Below are positions 29,304 through 37,542 of a stretch of DNA of 39,886 nt, one piece after another; the stretch's first letter is position 1; each line of letters opens with the position of its first letter. The stretch covers positions 1 through 39,886 of the IMG/VR virus record IMGVR_UViG_3300037482_000311; one strand, written 5' to 3'. Origin of the DNA: a virus. Its lineage: Duplodnaviria; Caudoviricetes. Below the pieces are notes generated by a model, which saw only the letters and a list, made by a program, of their open reading frames with translations, had not been told where the DNA came from and ran no database searches. The position numbers were made by a program, and so were the translations under genes.

Positions 29304-30377
29304 ATGTCATTAAATTTAACACAAGATCAGATTTTAAATTTATTTTACCAACTAAGCGAAAAACCCTTTCACATAAATCCCGTCTACGTTCGCCTTCTTA
29401 AGGGGGATGTTAGCGCCGCATACCTTCTAACACAGCTAGTCATTTGGCAATCAGACTATGGCCCAGGATTTTATCACACCGATGAGCTTATATCCGAAAA
29501 AACCGGCATGAATACTGGCGTCATATTAAACGCACGAAAGGATCTGATAAAACAAGGTTTTGTCCAGACAACGCGTCAAGGTATACCGGCAAAACTACAC
29601 TACACGGTGGATATGGATGTACTCATTGTGGCCATAGCTGAGAGGGGGGGGTGTGGATTATCCACTTATGCTGATTCGGCACAACAAGCTACGTCGAATC
29701 AACATAACAAGCTACGTCGAAACGACATAACTATTACTAAAGAGAATAAGAACAATAATAAGATTAATAATAAGAAGAATATTGTGCATTCTGACGATGC
29801 ACTGCTTGTTTCGTTTAATGAATTCTGGGAAGTATGGCCAGATAAAAAGAACAAACAAACTGCCTTTGCAAAATATAAGGGTGCCGTTAAGGATGTCGGG
29901 GCGGATGCCCTCTTAAGCTCATTGAAAGCATATTTGGCAGAGCGTGAAATTGAGTATCGTGTCACGGGATGGGTTAAGGCATTGGAGTTGCCATCAACAT
30001 GGCTTCATGGGAAGCGATACAACAACCCAATTCATGACGAGGAATATTTCTTAAGCAAGGTTAAAAAGAAAGTGGCTCCAAAAGGGGCTGTGGAACAATA
30101 CGCCCACTATAATACGCAGCCCAAAATGCACAAAACCGAAGCCGAGACAAAGGCCGAATTAAACAAATCAGTCCCAGCCCACACAGAAACGGTATCGCAA
30201 GAACGCGTTACAGGCAGCGTCAAAGACCTGAAAGAAGTTTTACGGAATGAAATTTTGAAATCAAACATGGAGAGATCGAATGTACGAAATCACAGCGGGC
30301 GAGTTGTCCCAACGGTTGAACAACGAAATCGAGACAGTGGTCAGGAATTTATTACCCCAGGGTGTGCAACGGCATAA
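29304..30377 (+). CDS. Replication initiator (lambda O-like architecture)
   Basis: N-terminal wHTH, N/K-rich linker, FNEFWEVWPDKKNK...PSTWL domain; internal iterons. Confidence 0.8.
   Translation: MSLNLTQDQILNLFYQLSEKPFHINPVYVRLLKGDVSAAYLLTQLVIWQSDYGPGFYHTDELISEKTGMNTGVILNARKDLIKQGFVQTTRQGIPAKLHYTVDMDVLIVAIAERGGCGLSTYADSAQQATSNQHNKLRRNDITITKENKNNNKINNKKNIVHSDDALLVSFNEFWEVWPDKKNKQTAFAKYKGAVKDVGADALLSSLKAYLAEREIEYRVTGWVKALELPSTWLHGKRYNNPIHDEEYFLSKVKKKVAPKGAVEQYAHYNTQPKMHKTEAETKAELNKSVPAHTETVSQERVTGSVKDLKEVLRNEILKSNMERSNVRNHSGRVVPTVEQRNRDSGQEFITPGCATA
29652..29790. other. Putative replication origin
   Basis: DnaA-box-like palindrome GTGGATTATCCAC, 23-bp iterons (AACAAGCTACGTCGAA at 29683 and 29706), then an AT-rich tract. 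Confidence 0.65.
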
Positions 30378-32082
30378 TGACTGGTGGGTTGGATCAATTC
30401 GCGGAGAGCCAGGGGAGTCGTTGCGCGTATGCCTCAGTGGCTCCAAAAGGGGGGTGTGGGGAGACTTTGCGACTGGAGATGGCGGAGACCTAATCGATCT
30501 ATGGGCCTCTGTACGCTCTATAACGCTCCGTGAGGCGATAAAAGAGGTTCGTGGGTACTTGGGCATATCCTCGGCTAAAATCGAACGTCCTGAGCGAATA
30601 CAGTGGGTCAGACCAACGTTGAGCGAAGGGGTCACATACAGCGAACCGGGTTACCTCACCCAAGAGCGGTTATTGAACTCGGAGACGGTGGCACGGTATC
30701 GGGTAAGTTGTGCCGGCAATGAAATAATATTTCCCTACTATCGTGACGCGGAAGTTATTTTGCTGAAGTACTTGTCGTTGATCCGTGACGAGCGTGGCAA
30801 AAAGAAAATGCGCGTCTCTCCTGGGGCCGAACCGATTCTTTTTGGATGGCAAGCCGCGGATCCAAGCGCACGCAAATTGGTGATAACCGAGGGTGAAATT
30901 GACGCGATGACCTTATGCCAATATGACCTTGGTATGGTATGCGTGTCGGTGCCTTTCGGTGGGGGTGCCAAAAAACAGGACGGATGGATCGAGCAAGAAT
31001 TCGAACGGTTGGCAATCTTTGATGAAATCTATGTTTGCATGGACGACGACGACGAGGGTCGGGCAGCGGCAGCCGTGATCATTGAGCGGTTGGGCAAACA
31101 TCGGTGTCGAAACGTCAAGCTGCCGTACAATGACGCCAATGAGTGCCTCAAGCAGGGTGTGACGCGTGATCAGATGATCGCATTTTTTGATCAAGCGGTG
31201 ATTGTCGACCCCAAAGAATTGCGCCGGATCGATCAATTCAAGCACGCAACCATCGATGACTTGCTACCCAACCCCAATTCGTTCATCGGGTATACGACGC
31301 CATGGGAGAAACATCACCGCAAGTTGTTCTTGCGACCGGATGAGCTCACTTTGTGGACGGGTATCAATGGGCACGGCAAGTCACAGATTTTGGGGCATGT
31401 GCTCTTGGACTGTATCGCCCAGGGTGCCAAGGTGTGTATTGCCTCACTGGAGATCAAACCTCACCGGCTCTTAGGTCGAATGGTGCGCCAAGCCGCCGGA
31501 ATGAAGCAGCCGTCACGGGAGTATATTGAGTCGATTTTCGAACATTACTACAAGGCGGTGTGGATATTCGAATGTGTCGGCACCACTGATCCCAAGACCC
31601 TGATCGAAGTGTTCAAACACGGGCGACAACGGTACGGGATCGATATGTTTGTGATCGATTCTCTTATGAAATGTGGGTTTGCAGAGGACGATTATAACGG
31701 CCAAAAGAAGTTTATCGACCAGCTTTGCGCCTTCAAGAACGATTACAATTGCCATGTGCATTTGGTTGTTCACCCAAGAAAGGGTGCCGATGAAACGAAT
31801 GTGCCGGGCAAGTTGGATATGAAGGGGTCGGGCGCGGTCAGTGATTTGGCTGACAATTGCTTTGCGGTATGGCGCAATAAGGCCAAAGAGGAGGAAATCG
31901 AAAGATTGTTGACCCAGGGGAAAGAGGTTCCCGACGACCTTAAACAAAAATTTGATTGTCTGTTGCGCTGCGACAAACAACGTAACGGAGAATGGGAGGG
32001 CGCTATACCGTTGTGGTTCGACAAAGCGTCATTGCAATATCTGGGGTGGGCGAAAGAGAGGCCCAAGCAGATGGTCAAATAA
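30280..32082 (+). CDS. T7 gp4/Twinkle-like primase-helicase
   Basis: TOPRIM ITEGEIDAMT...MDDDDEG; SF4 helicase WTGINGHGKS, SLE, FVIDSL, LVVHPRK, KGSG. Confidence 0.92.
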   Translation: MYEITAGELSQRLNNEIETVVRNLLPQGVQRHNDWWVGSIRGEPGESLRVCLSGSKRGVWGDFATGDGGDLIDLWASVRSITLREAIKEVRGYLGISSAKIERPERIQWVRPTLSEGVTYSEPGYLTQERLLNSETVARYRVSCAGNEIIFPYYRDAEVILLKYLSLIRDERGKKKMRVSPGAEPILFGWQAADPSARKLVITEGEIDAMTLCQYDLGMVCVSVPFGGGAKKQDGWIEQEFERLAIFDEIYVCMDDDDEGRAAAAVIIERLGKHRCRNVKLPYNDANECLKQGVTRDQMIAFFDQAVIVDPKELRRIDQFKHATIDDLLPNPNSFIGYTTPWEKHHRKLFLRPDELTLWTGINGHGKSQILGHVLLDCIAQGAKVCIASLEIKPHRLLGRMVRQAAGMKQPSREYIESIFEHYYKAVWIFECVGTTDPKTLIEVFKHGRQRYGIDMFVIDSLMKCGFAEDDYNGQKKFIDQLCAFKNDYNCHVHLVVHPRKGADETNVPGKLDMKGSGAVSDLADNCFAVWRNKAKEEEIERLLTQGKEVPDDLKQKFDCLLRCDKQRNGEWEGAIPLWFDKASLQYLGWAKERPKQMVK

Positions 32083-32085
32083 TGG

Positions 32086-32114
32086 TTGACCTTCTTTCTG
32101 TACTGACATATAAT
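32086..32114 (+). promoter_or_regulatory. Sigma70 promoter
   Basis: TTGACC-17-TATAAT. Confidence 0.75.
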
Positions 32115-32133
32115 GTACAAAAAGGAGAGCCAA

Positions 32134-32352
32134 ATGACGTGTCACCGACAGATATTTTATACCGAAAGACTTCAATTACGCCTCGACAAACAAACCTATG
32201 AGCGCCTTCATTTTATCTCAGGTGAGCGCAGGGTGACCATGTCCGAGTACATTCGCGGAGTGGTTAACGAGCATATGGAAAAGGATGCCGAGGCCGTCGC
32301 AATTTTGAAAAAACTGATGAAGGACGAAAGGGCTGATGACCAAGTTCAATGA
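32134..32352 (+). CDS. Ribbon-helix-helix regulator
   Basis: RLQLRLDKQTYERL...RVTMSEYIRGVV; AGGAG RBS before ATG 32134. Confidence 0.7.
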   Translation: MTCHRQIFYTERLQLRLDKQTYERLHFISGERRVTMSEYIRGVVNEHMEKDAEAVAILKKLMKDERADDQVQ

Positions 32353-32602
32353 GATGACCGAACAAGAAAAAATGCAACGCATACTCAGTCATGCCCACGC
32401 CTATTGCCAGGGCGCAATTGATAGTGTGATGACCTTTGCGCAGGGAGACAGGGAGACGCTTGATCAAATGTCTGAGTGGCTAGAATTTAACGAGCAAATG
32501 TCACGTTACCTTATCCAGCGAATGGAAAACGATTTTGCTAGGGAGTCATTGGAAAATTACGGGCTTCACCTATACTCAGAGAGAATGCGAAATTTTCGTT
32601 AA
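32336..32602 (+). CDS. Hypothetical protein
   Basis: 88 aa, overlaps the previous gene. Confidence 0.6.
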   Translation: MTKFNEMTEQEKMQRILSHAHAYCQGAIDSVMTFAQGDRETLDQMSEWLEFNEQMSRYLIQRMENDFARESLENYGLHLYSERMRNFR

Positions 32603-32606
32603 CCCA

Positions 32607-33008
32607 CTATGGACGGTCTCTTCTTTGGATGCTTGGACTCTTGCTGGAATCTCTCTTGTCGTCATCACTATCTTTTTCATCTGGCACTGTATCCGCCAAT
32701 TGCCGTGAATGGCGGTGACGATGGTGACGACGGCTTATATCAATATGGGTCTGGATATCAAGGCCCATATTATTTCCACTTGAAGACGATTGGTTATCAT
32801 CTATTGGAGCAGGGTGAGGATTCGCTGGGAGGTTTTGTACGGTTACGGAAGCTTCACCTCTCGAAAGTGCTATCGATGCGCTCAGCAGCGAAACCCCCAC
32901 CGGAATAAGAATGGGAACAAAGACGCCCCCAACGGTCGCCCCAACGCCCCCGATAAGTAATACCCAAAACGCACCCTCTTTCAACTGCTCTTTACTTGGT
33001 AATTTCAT
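32607..33008 (-). CDS. Membrane protein with low-complexity tail (effector-like)
   Basis: AAGGAAGG RBS; ~35-aa hydrophobic hairpin followed by an S/H/R/D-rich tail. Confidence 0.7.
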   Translation of the reverse strand: MKLPSKEQLKEGAFWVLLIGGVGATVGGVFVPILIPVGVSLLSASIALSRGEASVTVQNLPANPHPAPIDDNQSSSSGNNMGLDIQTHIDISRRHHRHRHSRQLADTVPDEKDSDDDKRDSSKSPSIQRRDRP

Positions 33009-33056
33009 TAACTTAATTCCTTCCTTGGATTAAACCCAACCCACAGTATACAATCA

Positions 33057-33113
33057 AAAGAGCCATCAGATTTTGGTTTGGCTCCTTTCCACGATTTGAT
33101 GGTTTTTGTTTTT
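33057..33113 (+). ncRNA. Candidate small hairpin RNA 1
   Basis: AGCCATCAGAT/ATTTGATGGTT stem with G-U pairs, CTCCTTTCC loop and T-tail; TTGGAT-18-TACAAT upstream. Confidence 0.4.
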
Positions 33114-33137
33114 TCGCTGTCGTGGTATTCTTTGTTC

Positions 33138-33207
33138 ATCGACGGCTCCTATGATTAGTTCCTCCATGGTTACGATCCAGCTTCCCAAGAGTTGAGGGGT
33201 CGTCGAT
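33138..33207 (+). ncRNA. Candidate small hairpin RNA 2 / leader
   Basis: ATCGACGGCTCCT/AGGGGTCGTCGAT stem with TTCCTCC in the loop. Confidence 0.4.
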
Positions 33208-33288
33208 ACCTATCGTTGTATATCAACGTTTTTATTTCTTTTTTGTTCTGATAAACTTCAAACTTCTTGGGAAGAATGGAGTTAATCA

Positions 33289-33549
33289 ATGAATATCGAA
33301 TCCACAAAACGTTTCAACTGCCAAATACAGCGCATGTATACCTTGGCAATCTTTAACATCATCGTGGCCGTCTTTGGTCTGGTGTTCAATTATTACAGAT
33401 TCAACATCAATTTCTCGCTATTTTGCGTCGTTTTGTTCATCAATGCTGTGGCCGTGGTTTTTTATCAGCCGTGGAAAATTATGGCATACATGCAAAAAGG
33501 CAGAGAATTCAAAATGTTTCACGATTCTTTTACGAACAAAGGAGAATAA
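33289..33549 (+). CDS. Two-TM membrane protein
   Basis: GGAG RBS; two hydrophobic helices. Confidence 0.7.
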   Translation: MNIESTKRFNCQIQRMYTLAIFNIIVAVFGLVFNYYRFNINFSLFCVVLFINAVAVVFYQPWKIMAYMQKGREFKMFHDSFTNKGE

Positions 33550-33553
33550 AAAA

Positions 33554-33733
33554 ATGTTTAATTGGTTAAACGAGATAAGCAAACAAAATAATACGAATAT
33601 TGTGCCGGAAGAAAAAAACGATCAGGGTTGTTTTGGTCATCGCCCCCGGGAAACCAACCAGGAATTTATCGAAAGGCTACGCAACACGATGCCCCGCAGT
33701 GAACCCATCGACATTCCAAGAAAGAGGAGATAA
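33554..33733 (+). CDS. Small hypothetical protein (59 aa)
   Basis: AAGGAG RBS; ends SEPIDIPRKRR. Confidence 0.65.
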   Translation: MFNWLNEISKQNNTNIVPEEKNDQGCFGHRPRETNQEFIERLRNTMPRSEPIDIPRKRR

Positions 33734-33735
33734 TC

Positions 33736-34497
33736 ATGGGGTTTCTCAGCAAGTCATCGGTCATGCACCGATCAGAAAGACGCGAGCGCGTCGAAAGAAA
33801 GGTTAACGGAAACCCAATGACCGCCAACCCAGGGGAACCACCAAAGCCCCCCGTGGAGCCGGACATTAAAAACTGTATCCCCGATGTGGTTGACACAAAA
33901 AATGACGCGATTATCGGCGGTGTACTTGGCGGTCTCGCGGGATTGCTTGGTGGGCCTGCGGGTTCCGCTGCGGGTGCTTTGATGGGCGCCTCTTTTGGCG
34001 CGTCTGCTCCAATGATTACCAGCGCCTACAAAGCGAAGACCTGTAACGAAAAAGAGCAAAAGCAGTATCAAAAAGACCTTGAGGATTACCATAGAGCCAA
34101 AAACGAATATGATGCGCAGAAAAACCGATACGACCAAGCTTTCGACGAAGGCCGTAAGCAATTAAGAAGGCAAATGCGTCCAAAATTTGGCGGTGATTCA
34201 ACTGAGGATAGAAAGCCAGCGTATCGTCGCACACCAGGTGGTACGGGTGCGAGCAATCCGCACAACAGCGGTTTCCCAAAAACAGGAAAGTCACCCACGC
34301 GTGCCCCCATGCCGTCCTCGAATCATCCAGGGGTTTCGAACCAAGCCCCCGCGTATCATCCGCCCAATCCGCTTGAGTTTAATTTCATGACGGAAAGACC
34401 GGCATCGGTGACGCAGTACCAAGAAAAACAAAAATCATCTTTTAGATTTGAATCGTTCGCCGAAAAATGCGAGCGCACAAGACCGAGGTTTAGATAA
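33736..34497 (+). CDS. Glycine-zipper, coiled-coil and Pro-rich protein
   Basis: GAGGAG RBS; GGVLGGLAGLLGGPAGSAAGALMGASFG. Confidence 0.75.
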   Translation: MGFLSKSSVMHRSERRERVERKVNGNPMTANPGEPPKPPVEPDIKNCIPDVVDTKNDAIIGGVLGGLAGLLGGPAGSAAGALMGASFGASAPMITSAYKAKTCNEKEQKQYQKDLEDYHRAKNEYDAQKNRYDQAFDEGRKQLRRQMRPKFGGDSTEDRKPAYRRTPGGTGASNPHNSGFPKTGKSPTRAPMPSSNHPGVSNQAPAYHPPNPLEFNFMTERPASVTQYQEKQKSSFRFESFAEKCERTRPRFR

Positions 34498-35126
34498 TGC
34501 CAACACTACAATTAGCAGAGATAGAAATAGAACATGATGAAGACAATCAAAACGAGGATTGCGAGGACAATCAAAACACTAATGACGTTCGTGCGAAAAT
34601 GCGCGCTGAAGCTTTCACACCTGAGGAAGAGGCGGAGAATAGACAGCGCATTAGGGAAGGCATCCGCGCAGCTCAGAGATTTGCTTTAAGGGAAGAGCGC
34701 TATCAAGAACTTTACGAGGAAGAATACAAGGCGGTGATGGAAGAAATGGCGAGAGGTTTTTTACCGCCCCCGCCTCCGCGTACGGTGGGTACTTTGCTTT
34801 GTGATGGGGCAAGTCAGGCATTAGGGTATGCAAGCGATTTTGGTAATGCCTACCTGACCGCGAACACGGCGAAAACTGCACTGGGAGTATTAACGACGGG
34901 TGCTATCTGTTGCACAAAAAAAGGGGCTGCTGCTGCGGTGTATGCCTCTCAAACGGCTGCTGCCGTGGTCGCTTCTGTTAACCCTGTGACGCTTGGTATC
35001 GGTATCGGCGTGGGTGGAACCGTGTTATTTGGGTATGGTCTCCACAAATATACCCGTTCAGAAAAAGCGTCAAAAGCGCCGTCCGTGGAGGTGAATATCA
35101 ACATTGCGCAGTTAAACAGAATGTAA
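34497..35126 (+). CDS. Acidic coiled-coil / poly-Pro / TM protein
   Basis: TAATG coupling with the previous gene; FLPPPPPR; GIGIGVGGTVLFGYGL. Confidence 0.75.
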   Translation: MPTLQLAEIEIEHDEDNQNEDCEDNQNTNDVRAKMRAEAFTPEEEAENRQRIREGIRAAQRFALREERYQELYEEEYKAVMEEMARGFLPPPPPRTVGTLLCDGASQALGYASDFGNAYLTANTAKTALGVLTTGAICCTKKGAAAAVYASQTAAAVVASVNPVTLGIGIGVGGTVLFGYGLHKYTRSEKASKAPSVEVNINIAQLNRM

Positions 35127-35180
35127 TGAGGTTGCCCGCACACTCTGATATAATCATGGTGTGAACATGGAGAGCGGAGT

Positions 35181-35660
35181 GTGTGGGTAATGACAGACAA
35201 GTATGATTTAAACGATTTTTTGGGCCGATCAAATTATTGGCTGGATACTGGGAAGCTGCCCCCCGACGGGCCGTGGGCCAACGAATTTCACGAACTGCAA
35301 TGGGTAGATCTGAATACCCGCTACCAGTGCTTCATTAAACGAAATTTTTCTGGTGTCCTGTGTGGGTATGTTCGGATCCCGTTTGAACACCCTTGTCACG
35401 GCATGTATTGGGAAAACTTGCCCGATGATGTGCTGGTTCATGGGGGAATCACTTACTCTGCAAGGCACTTTTTGCCAGATTCGGACGATGGATGGGTGTT
35501 TGGTTTTGATTGTGGGCACGGTTTCGATGTTATGCCTTGTATGCCTATACACGTACAGATACATGATACGGTTTCAGAGTATCGAAACATGGAGTATGTG
35601 AAGGCCGAAACTGAGTCGCTCGCAAAACAATTAAAGAATTTACACAATACAGAATGTTGA
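35181..35660 (+). CDS. Conserved phage hypothetical protein
   Basis: LCGYV.IP..HP...VHGGITYS...WVFGFDCGH..D motif. Confidence 0.8.
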   Translation: MWVMTDKYDLNDFLGRSNYWLDTGKLPPDGPWANEFHELQWVDLNTRYQCFIKRNFSGVLCGYVRIPFEHPCHGMYWENLPDDVLVHGGITYSARHFLPDSDDGWVFGFDCGHGFDVMPCMPIHVQIHDTVSEYRNMEYVKAETESLAKQLKNLHNTEC

Positions 35661-35686
35661 CATTTCCGCGTTTTTGGTGGTACTAT
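35657..35686 (+). promoter_or_regulatory. Sigma70 promoter upstream of ssb
   Basis: TTGACA-18-TACTAT with extended TG. Confidence 0.6.
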
Positions 35687-35792
35687 TCGGTTAGCTTGAT
35701 AAAAATAAGAATATGCACCAATTTAAAACAAAGGACGTTAACGGGTGGCCTCTATACGGGGCCAAATTTAAAGCGAAAATAGGGATATAAAC

Positions 35793-36230
35793 ATGGCCAA
35801 TGGAGTCAATAAAGTAATCATCGTCGGCAATATGGGTGCCGATCCAGAATTAAAACACTTCAACAACGGTGGCTCTATTACCACAATACGTGTGGCAACC
35901 TCTGAATCGTGGAAAGATAAAACCACTGGAGAGAAACAAGAGCGCACCGAGTGGCACCGGATCGTATTCCACGCGAAACTTGCCGAAATTGCTGCCCAAT
36001 ATCTGCGCAAGGGTTCCAAGGTATACGTTGAAGGCAGTATAAAAACCCAAAAGTGGAAAGACAAAGACAGCGGTCAAGATAGATACATGACCGAGATTGT
36101 CGCCCAGAACCTCCAAATGTTGGATTCAAAAACCGATTCTGAAAAATCGGTAGAAAATCGGTATCAAGAGACCGTAGCCACTTCATCACCAAAGGCGTCA
36201 GACAACGATGATGATGAATTGCCATTCTAG
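35793..36230 (+). CDS. ssb: Single-stranded DNA-binding protein
   Basis: [15 protein letters not shown]...ATSESWKDK...TEWHRIV...[12 protein letters not shown]; DDELPF tail. Confidence 0.97.
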   Translation: MANGVNKVIIVGNMGADPELKHFNNGGSITTIRVATSESWKDKTTGEKQERTEWHRIVFHAKLAEIAAQYLRKGSKVYVEGSIKTQKWKDKDSGQDRYMTEIVAQNLQMLDSKTDSEKSVENRYQETVATSSPKASDNDDDELPF

Positions 36231-36300
36231 CGATGATGTGCCACACTAACTATGATTCCTTAGGTTAGTGATGTTACGTTTAAGAACCTGCAATACCTGA

Positions 36301-36332
36301 AACGCCGGTTGGTGTGCCCACTTCCCGGCGTT
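36301..36332. terminator. Hairpin between convergent operons
   Basis: AACGCCGG...CCGGCGTT. Confidence 0.55.
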
Positions 36333-36338
36333 GATGGT

Positions 36339-36404
36339 TTAATCATCAAACAAATAAAAACCAACCCAAAAATACGCGAATATTATCCACATGGGTATGT
36401 ACAT
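36339..36404 (-). CDS. 21-aa hydrophobic micropeptide
   Basis: GGGAGGGG RBS; MYIPMWIIFAYFWVGFYLFDD. Confidence 0.5.
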   Translation of the reverse strand: MYIPMWIIFAYFWVGFYLFDD

Positions 36405-36418
36405 TTTGTCCCCTCCCT

Positions 36419-36595
36419 TTATTCCCATACCTTCCCGGTTGAAAAAAGTTTCACCGCGCGACCCGTCACGGAATCATGACGGCTTATAAACGCGTACCCG
36501 TAATCTTTTATGTTTTGTAATCTGTCTTGCGTCATTCGTTGTAATCTATCTTCCACTGCGTTTAAGCGTTCGGGTTTGTAGTATTTGGTTACCAT
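36419..36595 (-). CDS. Small hypothetical protein (58 aa)
   Basis: Starts at the repeated GAGGATACGAACATG; MVTKYYKPERL...KVWE. Confidence 0.7.
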   Translation of the reverse strand: MVTKYYKPERLNAVEDRLQRMTQDRLQNIKDYGYAFISRHDSVTGRAVKLFSTGKVWE

Positions 36596-36616
36596 GTTCG
36601 TATCCTCTGTTATTTA
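36593..36616 (-). repeat. 24-bp initiation-cassette repeat, copy 1
   Basis: TAAATAACAGAGGATACGAACATG, identical to 36878-36901. Confidence 0.95.
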
Positions 36617-36880
36617 AAATGGTTGGCTTTTTTGGTTTTTCCCGAACCACGCTTTGTGTCTTGCGTTCTCTACCCCGCGTGTCCATGCTGCGCGATGTTT
36701 CGGATAGTTGATGTCAAATGGGTTCCGTAAGGCTGGGTTCATTTCGCGCATGTTCCATGCGTTTACCCCTGTCTTATATGCCCACGAATTGGTTATTTTA
36801 TGCCCCATTCTTTTTTTGCCTATCCGTTTGCGCAAAAACTTTTTGGCCATTCTTATGCTTTCTTCTTTTGATTGAAACAT
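36614..36880 (-). CDS. Basic hypothetical protein
   Basis: Starts in repeat copy 2 and stops at the TAA of copy 1; NPF...AAWTRG motif. Confidence 0.75.
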   Translation of the reverse strand: MFQSKEESIRMAKKFLRKRIGKKRMGHKITNSWAYKTGVNAWNMREMNPALRNPFDINYPKHRAAWTRGVENARHKAWFGKNQKSQPF

Positions 36881-36901
36881 GTTCGTATCCTCTGTTATTT
36901 A
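36878..36901 (-). repeat. 24-bp initiation-cassette repeat, copy 2
   Basis: Identical to 36593-36616; a 15-bp third copy lies at 37386-37400. Confidence 0.95.
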
Positions 36902-36921
36902 TTTTGCTGGCTTATCTTCGG

Positions 36922-37194
36922 TTATGGTACATAAACTTCGTTGTTGCCGTACTGATAAAACCTGATGGCTTCCTCGCGGTCAGATGAATCACCTTCAAAT
37001 GGCATGTCGGGTCGATTGATGAATCGATACGCCATACATCTCAAAGCTTCCGTTTCATTAAACCCAGGTATTGGGTACACGCCGTTTGGGCCGTAGAAGT
37101 CCATCAGATAATTTATAAAACGTGTTGTTTGTCTTTCAATGGATTGTCTTTTTTCTAATGTGCCCAAAATGTCTAATGTTTGTGTGTTGCTCAT
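36922..37194 (-). CDS. Hypothetical protein
   Basis: FYGPNGVYP...PFEGDSSDRE. Confidence 0.75.
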   Translation of the reverse strand: MSNTQTLDILGTLEKRQSIERQTTRFINYLMDFYGPNGVYPIPGFNETEALRCMAYRFINRPDMPFEGDSSDREEAIRFYQYGNNEVYVP

Positions 37195-37196
37195 TT

Positions 37197-37388
37197 TTAT
37201 ATGCCCTTCAATTTTTTAAGTTTAAATTCGTATGATGGATAGCTGGTTTTTAATTTCTGTAATAATGGTTCGGCTTTTTCGTCCGGTATCATCGAGGCGT
37301 AAATGAGCTTATCGACCTCGCAGCCTGTCGATAAATCCATTGCTTTGAATTTCTTCATATCGGTTGCTTTAATATAAATGTGGTACAT
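37197..37388 (-). CDS. Hypothetical protein (63 aa)
   Basis: Starts at the third GAGGATACGAACATG, downstream of the promoter. Confidence 0.7.
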   Translation of the reverse strand: MYHIYIKATDMKKFKAMDLSTGCEVDKLIYASMIPDEKAEPLLQKLKTSYPSYEFKLKKLKGI

Positions 37389-37430
37389 GTTCGTATCCTC
37401 GTCGTTCGTAATTGATGTTTTTATATTCTT

Positions 37431-37459
37431 AGTGTACACATACAAGGCGTACATGTCAA
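37431..37459 (-). promoter_or_regulatory. Sigma70 promoter of the small-gene array
   Basis: TTGACA-17-TACACT. Confidence 0.8.
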
Positions 37460-37542
37460 CGCCCCTGTTCAATTATTTTTCATTGCCCCCACTAACTAAA
37501 TGGCTTATGATGTTGATATATACATGGAATGTGGACGATAAT

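Noticed and set aside
33515-33523. TGTTTCACG as a second parS
   Set aside because: Half-site only.
36383-36391. Perfect DnaA box TTATCCACA
   Set aside because: A single 9-mer inside a small ORF; could be chance.
36593-37400. 24-bp repeats as a CRISPR array
   Set aside because: Spacing is 285 and ~508 bp, the intervals are ORFs, and there are no cas genes.
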